The notes: generated by a model not told the origin, from the sequence alone. A stretch of DNA of 64,000 nucleotides from Octopus bimaculoides (GCF_001194135.2 NC_068998.1:2376488-2440487), one strand, 5' to 3'. Positions 44,690-56,538 are shown, counted from the stretch's first letter. Translations and numbers: made by a program.

Positions 44690-44826
44690 AAAATATGAAA
44701 CGGAAGTAATCGACATGTTTTCAGGTCATATTAAGCGGAAGTGACCTTCATCCTCATATGACCTTTGATAAGCAATGTTGGAAGCGGCCTGAGAGGTCAT
44801 CCATCTCATCCGTCCCGTTTGTCAAG
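44690..44826 (+). promoter_or_regulatory. Probable ADPGK core promoter/5'UTR with two ETS/GABP-type CGGAAGT sites
   Basis: CGGAAGT at 44701-44707 and GCGGAAGTGAC at 44735-44745, about 80-125 nt upstream of the ATG, at the start of a locally CpG-rich region. Confidence 0.55.
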
Positions 44827-45047
44827 ATGCGCGGCAAGTTATGTCTCGTCTCCTCTCTTATTGTAGTTATAGCTTGTTTGTGCAGCACGTTTCTCGGTTT
44901 TCCAAGTGCCTATATTCCTACATCTTTGCTCAGTCTCTTCAATCTTGACAAAACACAAGATTCCACCAGCAACGAACAGAGTATTATTACAGCCTGGGAC
45001 AATTTTATTAAACCTCCCTCTCAGAAATTCAAACGCGTATCTGTCGG
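44827..45047 (+). CDS. ADPGK: ADPGK exon 1 (MRGKLCLVSSLIVVIACLC...KFKRVSVG)
   Basis: aagATGc start, gtaaga donor, phase 2; hydrophobic N-terminus. Confidence 0.92.
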
Positions 45048-48000
45048 GTAAGATACTCATTATTGTTACCATTATTATTATTATATCTGACACGGTTTCG
45101 TTACTAATTAAACAATTTATGTTGTTGTCTAAAGCTGTGTATAGTAATGTGGAAATGTTTTATTCTAAGTGACGATATTTTCGCTCTGCGACAAACTGTT
45201 TCATTTATAACAGCAGTCTACTTTTCTGCTAAATAGTCATAAAAATATACATGTACTCATATTTTGAGTTCTATTTTTACCTGTTTGCATCAACATAACC
45301 TATATATGTACTTTATTATTACTGAAGTTGCAAAAACATAAAATACTGCTACTCGGAGGTTCTCGTTCGTCGGACGGTTTAGACTGAGAATACACACACG
45401 CACAACTATTTATATGGTAGAGATGGACTATATGTAATCTGAACCTTTCCCCCCCCTTATTTATTAATTTTTTGGCACCGTCATGCTATTAGCTGTCAGA
45501 AGTGAAAGTGCTCACTGCTAGTGAAGTATCTGTCTGTTACTGGCCTGTCGATTCTTTGGCTACTGACAGCTAATACCATGACTGGCCGGAGCGAGCTATA
45601 TGTCTGTCTGTCTCTCTCTCTCTCTATCTATCTATCTATTACTCGAAAGTTCGCGCGTCCGCGCTAGCTAGTCGTGAGTAGAAAACACAAATTTAATATA
45701 AAAACATATTTCCTGAAATTGCAAATTATTTAAAATATAAAAATATAATTTTCANNNNNNNNNNNNNNNNNNNNNNNNNNNNNNNNNNNNNNNNNNNNNN
45801 NNNNNNNNNNNNNNNNNNNNNNNNNNNNNNNNNNNNNNNNNNNNNNNNNNNNNNNNNNNNNNNNNNNNNNNNNNNNNNNNNNNNNNNNNNNNNNNNNNNN
45901 NNNNNNNNNNNNNNNNNNNNNNNNNNNNNNNNNNNNNNNNNNNNNNNNNNNNNNNNNNNNNNNNNNNNNNNNNNNNNNNNNNNNNNNNNNNNNNNNNNNN
46001 NNNNNNNNNNNNNNNNNNNNNNNNNNNNNNNNNNNNNNNNNNNNNNNNNNNNNNNNNNNNNNNNNNNNNNNNNNNNNNNNNNNNNNNNNNNNNNNNNNNN
46101 NNNNNNNNNNNNNNNNNNNNNNNNNNNNNNNNNNNNNNNNNNNNNNNNNNNNNNNNNNNNNNNNNNNNNNNNNNNNNNNNNNNNNNNNNNNNNNNNNNNN
46201 NNNNNNNNNNNNNNNNNNNNGTATACCCAGATTACATATACTCCATCTCCACCATTTATATATATATCGTTTGTAGAAAACATAAATCTGGAGAAGCAGA
46301 CTCTAAGGTGTAGAGCAGTATGTATTCTCTTCTACTCTAGGCACAAGGTCCCAAATTTCTGGGAGGGGGGGGCAGTCGATTAGATCGACCTCAGTATGCA
46401 ACTGGTACTTAATTTACCGACCCCGAAAGGATGACAAGCAAAGTCGACCCCGGCGGAATTTGAACTCAGAACGTAGCGACAGACGAAATACCGCTCAGCA
46501 TTTCGCCAGGCGTGCTAACAATTCTGCTCAACTCGCCACCTTAGAGAAGTATATATTAGAAATGCGGAAGGCCGGTTTATGGGACTACTTTAGGTTTCCC
46601 GTCCGTTAAAGGGTTTAGTTTTATGGTGTATCGTCAGACCCCAAAACCTGTTGGCTTATGACCTCTTCAAAATATTTATAATTAAGATCTAAACTGTTAA
46701 TATATAAATGCAAAATAGTTGAATAACTGAAAACCTGCTTTTGGGCCACCCTATACATATTGTTTATATTTGGGGATGGTCATCTTTTTTTTACCAAATA
46801 AACACACGCAGTCCAGTGACCGAAACAGGTAAACGGATTTTTAGAAAATAAAAAAAAAAGAAAAACCAAAATATATAACCGAGGTAGGTTATAAAAAAAC
46901 TTTCAAGAGATTTGGCTGTTATTTCTAGCATGTCGAGAGACCTAGGCTTAACTTTACATTGGGTTAAAAATCATCTAAAACAATTCTGGGGTCAATACAT
47001 TCAGCTAAAAATTCTAAAAACGAAGAAAAACCCAAAAAATATAACTGTGGGGCTTTTGTCTGGATCCCGTATGTAAAAATTTGTCTCTTCTCTAAAATTG
47101 CATTCGAAAAAAGACTCATATATATTAGTATTCACCCTTAGACATCAGAAAGATCAGAAATGCACCAAAAATTTTAATGAAAGAGGATCTTGGAAAAATG
47201 GCAGATGATATGTATAGCCTTAGTTCTGTTGGTGTGATGCAGCCACTCTGTGCTAAGTTCTTGGGAAACCATTTGGTGTTGACAGCTTTGACTATTGTTT
47301 CACAACATGTCTCTTATGCGTATGATTTCATTTTGCACCTATGTGGCTTTTGCTCTGGTAGTCAGGGCTGACTTGTATACAAACAGGTTCCAACCACCTG
47401 CATTTCTGCAAAAATTAATATTGATGGAAACGCAGCAGAGAAATGGTGCACACCAGTCCGTCCCTGAAGAAATTTCTATCAAGGAACGATATCACAGATA
47501 GCATTGTAGGGTGCACACTCACCAATATGGAGGCCCTCTTTATAATCAAATTGAAATCAGCCATTAACAACAGGTAGGAGCTACACAAAGCAGAGTTGTA
47601 AAAGCAACACCAATCTGCGCATGTCACTTTCTTTCCCTTTCTCCTTCCTCATTCTTCCTCCACATATCTGAGCAATAACTTTTCCCAACAACCGCTTTTT
47701 CGAAACGTTCTGAATTAGGGATCATAGCCCTGAACTGCAGAAATATAAGGTAAAACTGCAACCATTTTGTTTTCTTTATTTTTTGTTCTGGCTTTACACA
47801 ACTGATGTGTGTGTGTGTGTGTGTGCACAGAATTTTTAACGTTAGCTTTGAAGGAAATTGAAATAATAGCAAATACTTATATTTTTAACTCCATTTTCTA
47901 TTGTCTTGTTGGATGGTATTGTCTTTTCTTTCCTCTGTATTCTCTTAAGCTTGCTTCCCAACCCCACGGCTCCAGGTTCAGTCTTCTACTATAGCCTCAG

Positions 48001-50376
48001 GCTGACCAAAGCCTTGCGAGTAGATTTGGTAGACGCAAACTGAAAGAAGTCTGTTGTGTGTGTGTGCGTGCATGCGTGTGTTTGTGTGTGTCTGTTTGTC
48101 TGCCCACTATCACTTCTGTCCCCATAACTTAGGAGTTTGGCAAAAGAGACTGATAGAATTAGTACTAGGTGCACAGAGAATAAGTCCTGGGGTCGATTTC
48201 TTTGACTAAGCAACCCTTTAAGGCGGTGCCCCAGCATGGCCGCAGTCAACAATGACTGAAACAAGTAAGAGTAACATACAGAGATGTATTTCAATGTGTG
48301 CAGGAGAGAGAGGGGAGTGGTGGCACAGCGACAGCCGAGGAAGTGGTTGGGTCTTGCAAGAGAGGCTTTACCAGATGAAATGAATCGACCGAACAAGACA
48401 AGTGTAAAAATGAGTGCAAATGTATGGAGAATTAGTGTTGTTTAGTTACCTTAGTAACTAAGTAGATACTGCTGGCATGGGTTGGACGGTTCGACTGGGG
48501 TCTGGGAAGCCAGGAGGCTGCCCCAGGCTCCAGTCTGATCTGGCAGTGTTTCTACAGCTGGATGCCCTTCCTAACGCCAGCCACGTTCGGATGGCGCTTT
48601 TTATGTGCCACCGGAACGGGTGTGACAACTACAATTTCTATTTGATTTTCATTTTGATGTTGATGTGCTTGACTCAATAGGTCTCCTCAAGCACAGTAGG
48701 TTGCCCTACGATCCAAGGTACTTTTGAATGGGCTGGGGCTGGTTATGCGAAACTGATGTAGGATACAGCCATGAACTCGATTTATTTGCTGGGTCTTTGC
48801 AGTCACAGCATATCTCCAGAGGTCTCAATCTTTCATCATTGCCTTCGTGAAGGCCCAACATTCGAAGGTCCTGCTTCACTACCTCATTCCATGTCTTCCT
48901 GGGTCTCCTTCTACCCCGGATTCCTTCCACTGTTTGGGAGTGGCACTTCCTCACACAGCTGTCCTCATCCATACATAACACGACCATACCAGTGCAGTCA
49001 TCTCTCTTGCATACTACATTTGATGCTTCTTATGCCCAACTTTTCTCTCAGGGCGCTTACACTCTTTTGTGTGTGCACACTGAATTTACACATCCAGTGA
49101 ATCATACTAGCTTCATTTCTTTCGAGCCTATGCATGTCCTCTGCAGTCACAGCCCATGTTTCACTGCCGTGAAGCATGGCAGTTTGCTCACATGCACCGT
49201 ACAATCTACCTTTCACTCTGAGCGAGAGTCCCTTTGTCAGCAGCAGAGGTAAGAGCTCTCTGAACTTTGCCCAGGCTATTCTTATTCTAGTGGTAACACT
49301 CTCTAAGCATCCACCCCCACTAGACTCGGTCACCTAGGTAGCGAAAGCTATCAACTACTTCTAGTTTCTCCCCCTGGCCCCTGGACTGGCTCATGTGCGG
49401 GTGACATGAAATCTTTCGAGCGAGATTGTTGCCAGTGCCCCTGGACTGGCTGTTGTGCGGGTGACACATGAAATGTTTTGAGCGGGACGGGATCGTTGCC
49501 AGTGCCCCTGGACTGGCTCATGTGAGGGCGACACATGAAATCTTTCCGAGCGGGATCATTGCCGGTGCCCCTGGGCTGGCTCTTGTGCGGGCGACACATG
49601 AGGTTTTTCGAACGAGATCATTGCCAGTGCCCCTGGACTGGCTCTTNNNNNNNNNNNNNNNNNNNNNNNNNNNNNNNNNNNNNNNNNNNNNNNNNNNNNN
49701 NNNNNNNNNNNNNNNNNNNNNNNNNNNNNNNNNNNNNNNNNNNNNNNNNNNNNNNNNNNNNNNNNNNNNNNNNNNNNNNNNNNNNNNNNNNNNNNNNNNN
49801 NNNNNNNNNNNNNNNNNNNNNNNNNNNNNNNNNNNNNNNNNNNNNNNNNNNNNNNNNNNNNNNNNNNNNNNNNNNNNNNNNNNNNNNNNNNNNNNNNNNN
49901 NNNNNNNNNNNNNNNNNNNNNNNNNNNNNNNNNNNNNNNNNNNNNNNNNNNNNNNNNNNNNNNNNNNNNNNNNNNNNNNNNNNNNNNNNNNNNNNNNNNN
50001 NNNNNNNNNNNNNNNNNNNNNNNNNNNNNNNNNNNNNNNNNNNNNNNNNNNNNNNNNNNNNNNNNNNNNNNNNNNNNNNNNNNNNNNNNNNNNNNNNNNN
50101 NNNNNNNNNNNNNNNNNNNNNNNNNNNNNNNNNNNNNNNNNNNNNNNNNNNNNNNNNNNNNNNNNNNNNNNNNNNNNNNNNNNNNNNNNNNNNNNNNNNN
50201 NNNNNNNNNNNNNNNNNNNNNNNNNNNNNNNNNNNNNNNNNNNNNNNNNNNNNNNNNNNNNNNNNNNNNNNNNNNNNNNNNNNNNNNNNNNNNNNNNNNN
50301 NNNNNNNNNNNNNNNNNNNNNNNNNNNNNNNNNNNNNNNNNNNNNNNNNNNNNNNNNNNNNNNNNNNNNNNNNNNN

Positions 50377-50451
<75 letters not shown>

Positions 50452-53400
50452 ATTTATTAGGTCTTCACTTTAGCCTTATCATTATTATTAGTCTATCATT
50501 CTTTCATCCCACATATTATGACCTCTTTAGCAACTTTCTGTTCCTTGTGTGTTCACTTATTGCTAGTCTTGTCCTGTCTGTTTTGTTTTACCTTTCTGTT
50601 TGTACATGCATTTACGTCTATGTGTGAGTGTATATAGGTTTGTATATCACTGTTTGCACCTGTCTTTTATTATTTATTCAAAACTTTTTCTTGTTCTGCC
50701 TTAGTTGTTGGGTTGCGGGGTGTGCGGAGTGGGACATGGTTATAACTCACTGCAAGTTTTCTTATGAGACTTGGCCTATTTTCTATCATGTATGTGGCCT
50801 CTGTAATCTGAGTGTGGCTTCTGTTTTATGAGACAATAAGATTTTAACATCTGTCATTTACTTTTATATCCATGTATTGGATATATGATATCAGGGAAAT
50901 AAAGTATATACATGACGCATTGCTATTTTTTATTACATGAGACTCAACGCTCTATATCAAAGGCTCACAGTGAACTGCTATCAATACAGACCTACCAATC
51001 GCCCACAGTCAGTCCACTTTTTAGTCACTTGGTGGGTGGTCAGTCGGAATCCTGCCACAACATCTACCAAGCACACTTGTTTTAGGTTAGCCTGTTGATA
51101 TAGCAATGGCAAGCTTTTCTCCTCCTTGAGTCCCCGCCAGTCTTCACTTATCCTCTGTCTCTACAATGTGCATCCTCTTGTTTCTGCACCACCACCACCA
51201 CCCCCTCTGTACTCCTTATACTACAGAATGCATTTCTAGTTTTGCAGTTTATCCATGGCCTTACTCTTTACACTATACAATTCCCATCACTACAGGGGCT
51301 TCTTTCAAATGGGTATATTCCAGAGATCAGGGATTTTATGGGAGTTCCTGGTGTTTCTGCCTGTAAACATTTGACCTTTACTTCTAAAATATTGGCATTG
51401 GCCCTCTGGCACCCTCAATTGTATCTTCATGAACTGAGGTATTTCGGATTGCAAGACAGTGTGTGAGAGAAAATTGTGATGTCACAGGAGACAAATGTGT
51501 CCGCATGGATGATGGTGCACTTGATTTTAATGATTCGGAAAAAGAGTCTTGGAGAAGCCATTATGAAAGACTGCTGAACGTGGAGAATGAATGGAAGGAG
51601 GAGAGCCTGCCAAATGGTGACCCTGTAGACTCTACAGTGTAGAGGGACCAGCTATCCGAATAGACAGTATCCTGGTAGATAAAGCAATTAAGGGTATGAA
51701 GCCAGGAAAAGCCCCCCAGCCCATCAGGAATCACTGCTGAGATGCTTAAAACATCTGGTGGTGTGGGTTATGGCCTAATCACCCGCATTCTAAACCAGGT
51801 AGCACATAAAAAGCACCCACTACACTCACGGCATGGATGGCGTTAGGAAGGGCATCCAGCTGTAGAAACACTGCCAGATCAGACTGGAGCCTGGTGCAGC
51901 CTCCTGGCTTCCCAGACCCCGGTTGAACCATCCAACCCATGCCAGCATGGAAAACGGACGTTAAACGCTGATGATGATGATATATATATATATATATATA
52001 TATTGAGCAGATTGGAGCCTGGGGCAGCCTTCTGGCTTGCCAGCCCTCGGTCAAACTGTCCAACCCGTGCCAGCATGGAAAGCGGATGTTAAACAACAAT
52101 GATGATGATGATTGCATGTTAACTGCTCAGGCACTCCATATGTAAATGACGATTAATGTCTATTGCTGTGTGTGTGTGTGTGTGTGTTTAAGAATGCTGT
52201 CTATAGTGTAAGGTGTGCAAAGGGACAGACATAAACAAGAATATCCATCCAGTACAATTGTTCTCCGCACCATTTGTGGCACTGCATGGAATGGAGAGTG
52301 AAAGTGTTTCATATCACTAGTTAACTATAGGCATAGGTGTGGCTGTGTGGTTAGCAAACTCCCTTTGCAAACACATGGTCTCTGGTTCAGTTCCACTGAG
52401 CAGTACTTTGGGAAAATGTCTGCTTCATTGAAGGAATGTGCTCGTGTGTGTGTGTGTGAGAACATGGGGTTTGTGTGTCTTTGGACTTTTTTCTTTGCTT
52501 TTATATTTAAGGTCATATTTTCTTCACTTTGTTGATAGCATTAAAATCTGTTTTCTTTGTAGGATCAATTCTTGTTTGGACATTATTATTGAAGGAATTC
52601 GATTCTTGAAAGATCTCCACATTGAACCTGGGTCTGCCAAGGACCACTCACAACTTGAAACATTTGACCAGTTACAGGAGACGTTTACACATTATTTCAC
52701 AAAAGGCTCTGCTGCCGAAAGAACATTCCAGGATGTGGAAGCTTTCAAGAAAATGGTTTCTGTGGCACAGTCACAACCTAATGCTCAGGTGAGCAATTCT
52801 AACATTGCTTGATTGGAATGGTGGTAGTGGTGGTGTTGCTGTAGTGGCCACATAAGATCACTTCCTACTTCGGACAGTTCTGGATATAACAGAGTGGTGG
52901 CATAGTGATGACTGTGGTAGTGTTATGGTAGTTGCAATGTTAGGAGATAGTAGAAGTATTCAGCTGCTAATTTAAGGTAAAACAGGTGTATCTGTTATTA
53001 ACTCCACTTTTTGCGAAATGATTCTATTTTGGTAAACTATCAAATATTTCTTTAACTCTTCTTTTTTAAAGCCTCCTTAAGATTCATTTCTTTTTAATTT
53101 TCTATTTCCAGAAATATTTAGGTGGAAATGCTTTGTTGATGGCCAACAAAATTGCGTCGAATTTTCCTGAGGTCAAGGTATGCTACATTTTCTCTCTTAT
53201 TCTATCACATGTCACTTCTTTTCTTCCGTTTTCTGGGGTTTTTTTTTTTTTAATATTCCTGCAAATGTTGACTTGTAATAATTCTAAATGGCGTTAACAA
53301 CATCCTGCTCATCTTCCTTAGAGGTTCTGCAAAGGCCATGAGCACTACTCCTTCTTCCAAACTCAAAAATTTGTTTTGTATTCTTCTAACCCTTTATCTC

Positions 53401-56400
53401 TCTCCCCAGGTGCAATATGTTGGTCCCATTGGCCCCATTGTCCGAGAAGCGATGCCTCAAAACATTGACGTCCCCAAAGAGAGCTTGCTGTCAGAGGATG
53501 AGGTTCACCTGATACTGGAATACAAAATAGGTGATGTGTGGGGCAATCACACCAGCATTGTGGCTAACCGTTTCATTCTCAACAACAACTTAGCCAACCT
53601 CAACCAAGCCCTCATGAAATTCTTTTTCAGTTCTTTAGAGATTTATCAGCCAGAGTTGATAGTCTTCTCTGGTTTGCACACATTCTCAGCACAAGATCTT
53701 GAGGTCAGTCAGAGGAAGGTTAAAGAAATTGCCACACACTTCCAGATGCTCCCTATCTCTGTTCCTGTACATCTGGAACTGGCTAGCATGACGGAACCAA
53801 ACTTTGTCATAACGTTGCTCAAAAAGGTCAGTGATATATTCTGTTTTCTACCGCTGATGTCCTTCGTTGTTCTGAGTTTGGGTCTCAGTTCTGTGAGTCT
53901 ATGCNNNNNNNNNNNNNNNNNNNNNNNNNNNNTTTTTTTTAAGAATGCAAGGCGGCAGGATATTCTTTGAGTCCATTTGTAGTCTGTTAATGAATGTTTT
54001 GTAAAACCAAACAATACGAGTCATGTAAAAAGATAAACATTAGATTGTTGTTTATTTCAAGGAAAGCTATAGTAAAACGGCATTCCAGTTGTGACCACCC
54101 CACCTTTATTTCTTTCCCAAGTATAATGTATCTGGGATCACATTATCCTCTGTCATCTATTTTGTTACATTAAGACAGTAGGGTGTAGTTTGAGAGAGAG
54201 AGAGATTGTTTTGTTGTGGCAAGCGTCATTGACACCCTTGGGGGATTGGAAGAATGGACAAGCCAAACTCTTATAAAGAGTAGCAGATTCGTTGAGACAA
54301 GAGGTGTCGGTAGGAGTTGTTGAGAGGCTGTTTTGGAGACTTGCGAAGTATGCCGTGTGAACACATTGATTTTAGCTCTGCTTCATTAAATCATATATCC
54401 AACGTTTGTCAAGGATATAAAATATTTCAAGCAGGCTGAACAGCTGTGTAGAAGCTTGTGTGGACTGTGTGAGGCTGTCTGTGGGGACATGAGCAAGAAT
54501 TGGGTGAAGTATGATCTATTGAGTCAGGGACTGAGTCTCAAAGAACTTTAATGTTTTTTATGGAAGAGAGGTTTCTTTGGAATCTGAATAGTTTCTTGTT
54601 ATTTTGCAGCTGATTCCACTGGTTTCTTCACTTGGCCTGAATGAAGTGGAACTGGCACAGTTGTCGTACCTAGGCAAAGGACCTCACACCGAACACGGCC
54701 CTTCTCTCACATCAACTGTAAGTAGAGTTCAAAACTGTTGTTTGATTCTGGTTAAGGAATTGAATTTTTTTTTTATTATTATTACAGAAAATCTCAAACA
54801 CAGGATAGCTGTGAAAAAAAAAAGGCTTAGAAGGTTGGGTAAATAGCCTGAGAAGATGGAGAAAAAATGGCCAAGAAGCTGCTACAGAGAATTGAACCCT
54901 GCACATTTCAAATTCAGGCCAAGTGCTCTGTACCATTAAGCTAAGTGACCCCTAACTTAAGGATACAGACAGCTTGGCTGGGATTTGAAAGGTATAGGGT
55001 TCAATTTTCAGTAGTGACTTTCTGGCCACTTCTTTTCTGTTCTCTAAATTTATCACAGCTAACCTGCGTTCAAAATTTCTTTTACTTCCTGTAAAATGCC
55101 AATTTACTTGGTGCTTCTAAGTTGGTTTGTAAAAAATGTTAATTGTCTTTCTTTTTTGATCTATAAATATCTAAAAATAGATATTGATCTTGTTATCAAG
55201 ACAATCATCGTGTAAATATTACCAACGAAAGTAACTATTAATAATTAAATATGCGAAAATGCATCAACTATTTCAAATCAGTCACAATTTGCATTTTATT
55301 AATCCAAATTAACTACATTTCTTGTCAAGAAAGACGAGAAATGATTCTCACTGTTTTGTTACTATAATTCTTCCGTCCAACCCATGGACGGGTTATTTCC
55401 CCTGGACCAGAGGATAAATGGGAGCTCGGATCTCTTACATTAAGGTCTCATATTAGCCTAAGCAGCAAACAAGGATTGATGTGGAGATAGTTTTAAAGGA
55501 AAACTAAATTTACATGACATCTAAGATTTAATTAACAAGTATTATAAGAAGTGAATATAGACATATATGGTGGGAGTGAGAAGAGAAACAGCTTAGTGGG
55601 TAGTATATTGAACGACCAACTTGTAAGTTGGTTGGAGGTATTGTGTTGGATTGCTAGATAGGACTTGATGTAGTGTTCTAGTTCACTTTGGAGATGGCAA
55701 AAGATGGTGTGTGTATGTATGCGCTTGCGTGAGCCTGAGTTTACTAAGAAGACAGAAACTAGTCAATATAATAATAGTGGAATTATTTGTGATATTATTA
55801 CTGGTTTTCCATTTAACAAGATTGGTGATAATGATTTTAATGCTATAGAAAACCAGATACGAGGACACATTAGGCAATGTTTTAAGGGCCTGGAATTGTA
55901 AAAGGAACAAATAACCCTCGTATAATGGCTCTCCTTGGTTTGTCCATTTCACTTTTGTTTTTTGTTGTTTTTTTTTTGCAGGTGTAGCATGTAAGTGCAG
56001 TTCTAATGTGCATGTATTTAAACAGCCAAGTTGTTATTCTGTCATCTCATTGCAGGACAGTTCTTCAGGTTTTGCTGTCAACCAGCCAGAAATCCATAAA
56101 GTCTCCGACATAATCTTGTGGTTATTAAAAACCTTTGGCTACTCCAAAAAGGATTTCCCTGCATCCCGACTGACTCGCATTCATTTCCACTCCTTGACTT
56201 ACCACATTGTAGGGGTCGTACCTGAAGCCTGGGAAAACAGCGAGTCAGCAGCGGCTGCTGGCACTCAGATAGCAGGGCGGCAAGCTTGTAATACCGAGCG
56301 GTTGGTGTCTGAGGATGTGAAACTAAAGATTCCGGAAGCATTCCGCCTCCATTCCAATGCCAAACCACGCTCTCTTGATGAGAAACGGCCAGTGATCTCA

Positions 56401-56538
56401 TGGGATTTGGAAGGGTATCACTTTGTCTTCAGCCCTGTTCTGGTCTGTCAACATCCCAAGAGGACTGTCGGTTTAGGTGACGCAATCTCGTCTACGGGAC
56501 TGATGTACTCAACTTTCAAAACTAAATATCGACTATAA
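44827..56538 (+). CDS. ADPGK: ADP-dependent glucokinase, 506 aa, 6 exons: 44827-45047, 52563-52788, 53112-53177, 53410-53826, 54610-54717, 56056-56538
   Basis: Splices into one 1521-nt frame. N-terminal hydrophobic signal/anchor, KRVSVG-INSCLD, YLGGNALLMA, VHLELASM, SLGLNEVEL, RIHFHSLTYH and the catalytic TVGLGDAIS (GxGD) motif of the ADPGK/ribokinase family. Confidence 0.97.
46325..46542 (-). mobile_element. tRNA-derived SINE family B, near intact
   Basis: Reverse complement: ggtggcgagttgagcagaattgttagc (A box), gagttcaaattccgcc (B box), gtcgactttgc..catcctttcggggtcggtaaattaagtaccag central domain; CpGs retained, so young. Confidence 0.85.
47948..48274 (+). mobile_element. SINE family A head (internally deleted) + (TG)n + tail D
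   Basis: agcttgcttcccaacc..ctactatagcctcaggctgaccaaagcc..gaaagaag, TG tract, ..aagtcctggggtcgat..aaggcggtgccccagcatggccgcagtc..gactgaaacaagtaagag. Confidence 0.8.
48471..49376 (-). mobile_element. 5'-truncated RTE-clade LINE (ORF2 C-terminus with frameshifts, 3'UTR, tail)
   Basis: Translates to EKLEVVDSFRYLGD..GGGCLESVTTRIRIAWAKFRELLPLL..KGRLY..AMLHGSETW..RLERNEASM and GRRRPRKTWNEVVKQDL, typical RTE RT C-terminal motifs. Confidence 0.9.
49377..49646 (+). repeat. ~62-bp minisatellite (at least 4.4 units) running into a gap
   Basis: Unit gccagtgcccctggactggctcttgtgcgggcgacacatgaaatctttcgagcgagatcatt, repeated at about 49421, 49498, 49561 and 49623. Confidence 0.85.
51436..51982 (+). mobile_element. 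Internally deleted RTE-clade LINE (pre-RT linker joined directly to the 3' tail)
   Basis: VFRIARQCVRENCDVTGDKCVR..WRSHYERLLNVENEW..VEGP..KAIKGMKPGKAP.PSGITAEMLK, then a jump at about 51800 to the gcacataaaaagcacc..ggcgttaggaagggcatcc tail; a second tail copy follows at 52011-52113. Confidence 0.85.
52563..52788 (+). CDS. ADPGK: ADPGK exon 2 (INSCLDIIIEG...KGSAAERTF...QPNAQ)
   Basis: tttgtag acceptor, gtgagc donor, phase 2/0. Confidence 0.95.
53112..53177 (+). CDS. ADPGK: ADPGK exon 3 (KYLGGNALLMANKIASNFPEVK)
   Basis: tttccag acceptor, gtatgc donor; GGNA motif. Confidence 0.95.
53410..53826 (+). CDS. ADPGK: ADPGK exon 4 (VQYVGPIGP...HLILEY...VHLELASM...LLKK)
   Basis: tccccag acceptor, gtcagt donor, 417 nt, phase 0/0. 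Confidence 0.95.
54610..54717 (+). CDS. ADPGK: ADPGK exon 5 (LIPLVSSLGLNEVELAQL...SLTST)
   Basis: tttgcag acceptor, gtaagt donor; SLGLNExEL motif. Confidence 0.95.
56056..56538 (+). CDS. ADPGK: ADPGK exon 6 (DSSSGF...RLTRIHFHSLTYH...TVGLGDAISSTGLMYSTFKTKYRL*)
   Basis: attgcag acceptor, TAA stop; catalytic GLGD. Confidence 0.96.
   Translation, partial: DSSSGFAVNQPEIHKVSDIILWLLKTFGYSKKDFPASRLTRIHFHSLTYHIVGVVPEAWENSESAAAAGTQIAGRQACNTERLVSEDVKLKIPEAFRLHSNAKPRSLDEKRPVISWDLEGYHFVFSPVLVCQHPKRTVGLGDAISSTGLMYSTFKTKYRL

Noticed and set aside
46470-46542. tRNA gene
   Set aside because: A and B boxes are present but there is no cloverleaf; it is the head of a multicopy SINE.
49377-49646. CRISPR-like reading of the hairpin repeat array
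   Set aside because: Units are contiguous near-copies without unique spacers, there are no cas genes, and the context is eukaryotic.
54190-54540. Long near-open minus-strand frame in ADPGK intron 4, possibly a Penelope ORF relic
   Set aside because: Similarity too weak to call by eye; needs tBLASTn or an HMM search.
56521-56538. ADPGK C-terminus KTKYRL as an ER-retrieval or peroxisomal signal
   Set aside because: Lysine positions do not fit KKxx/KxKxx, and YRL is not a canonical PTS1.
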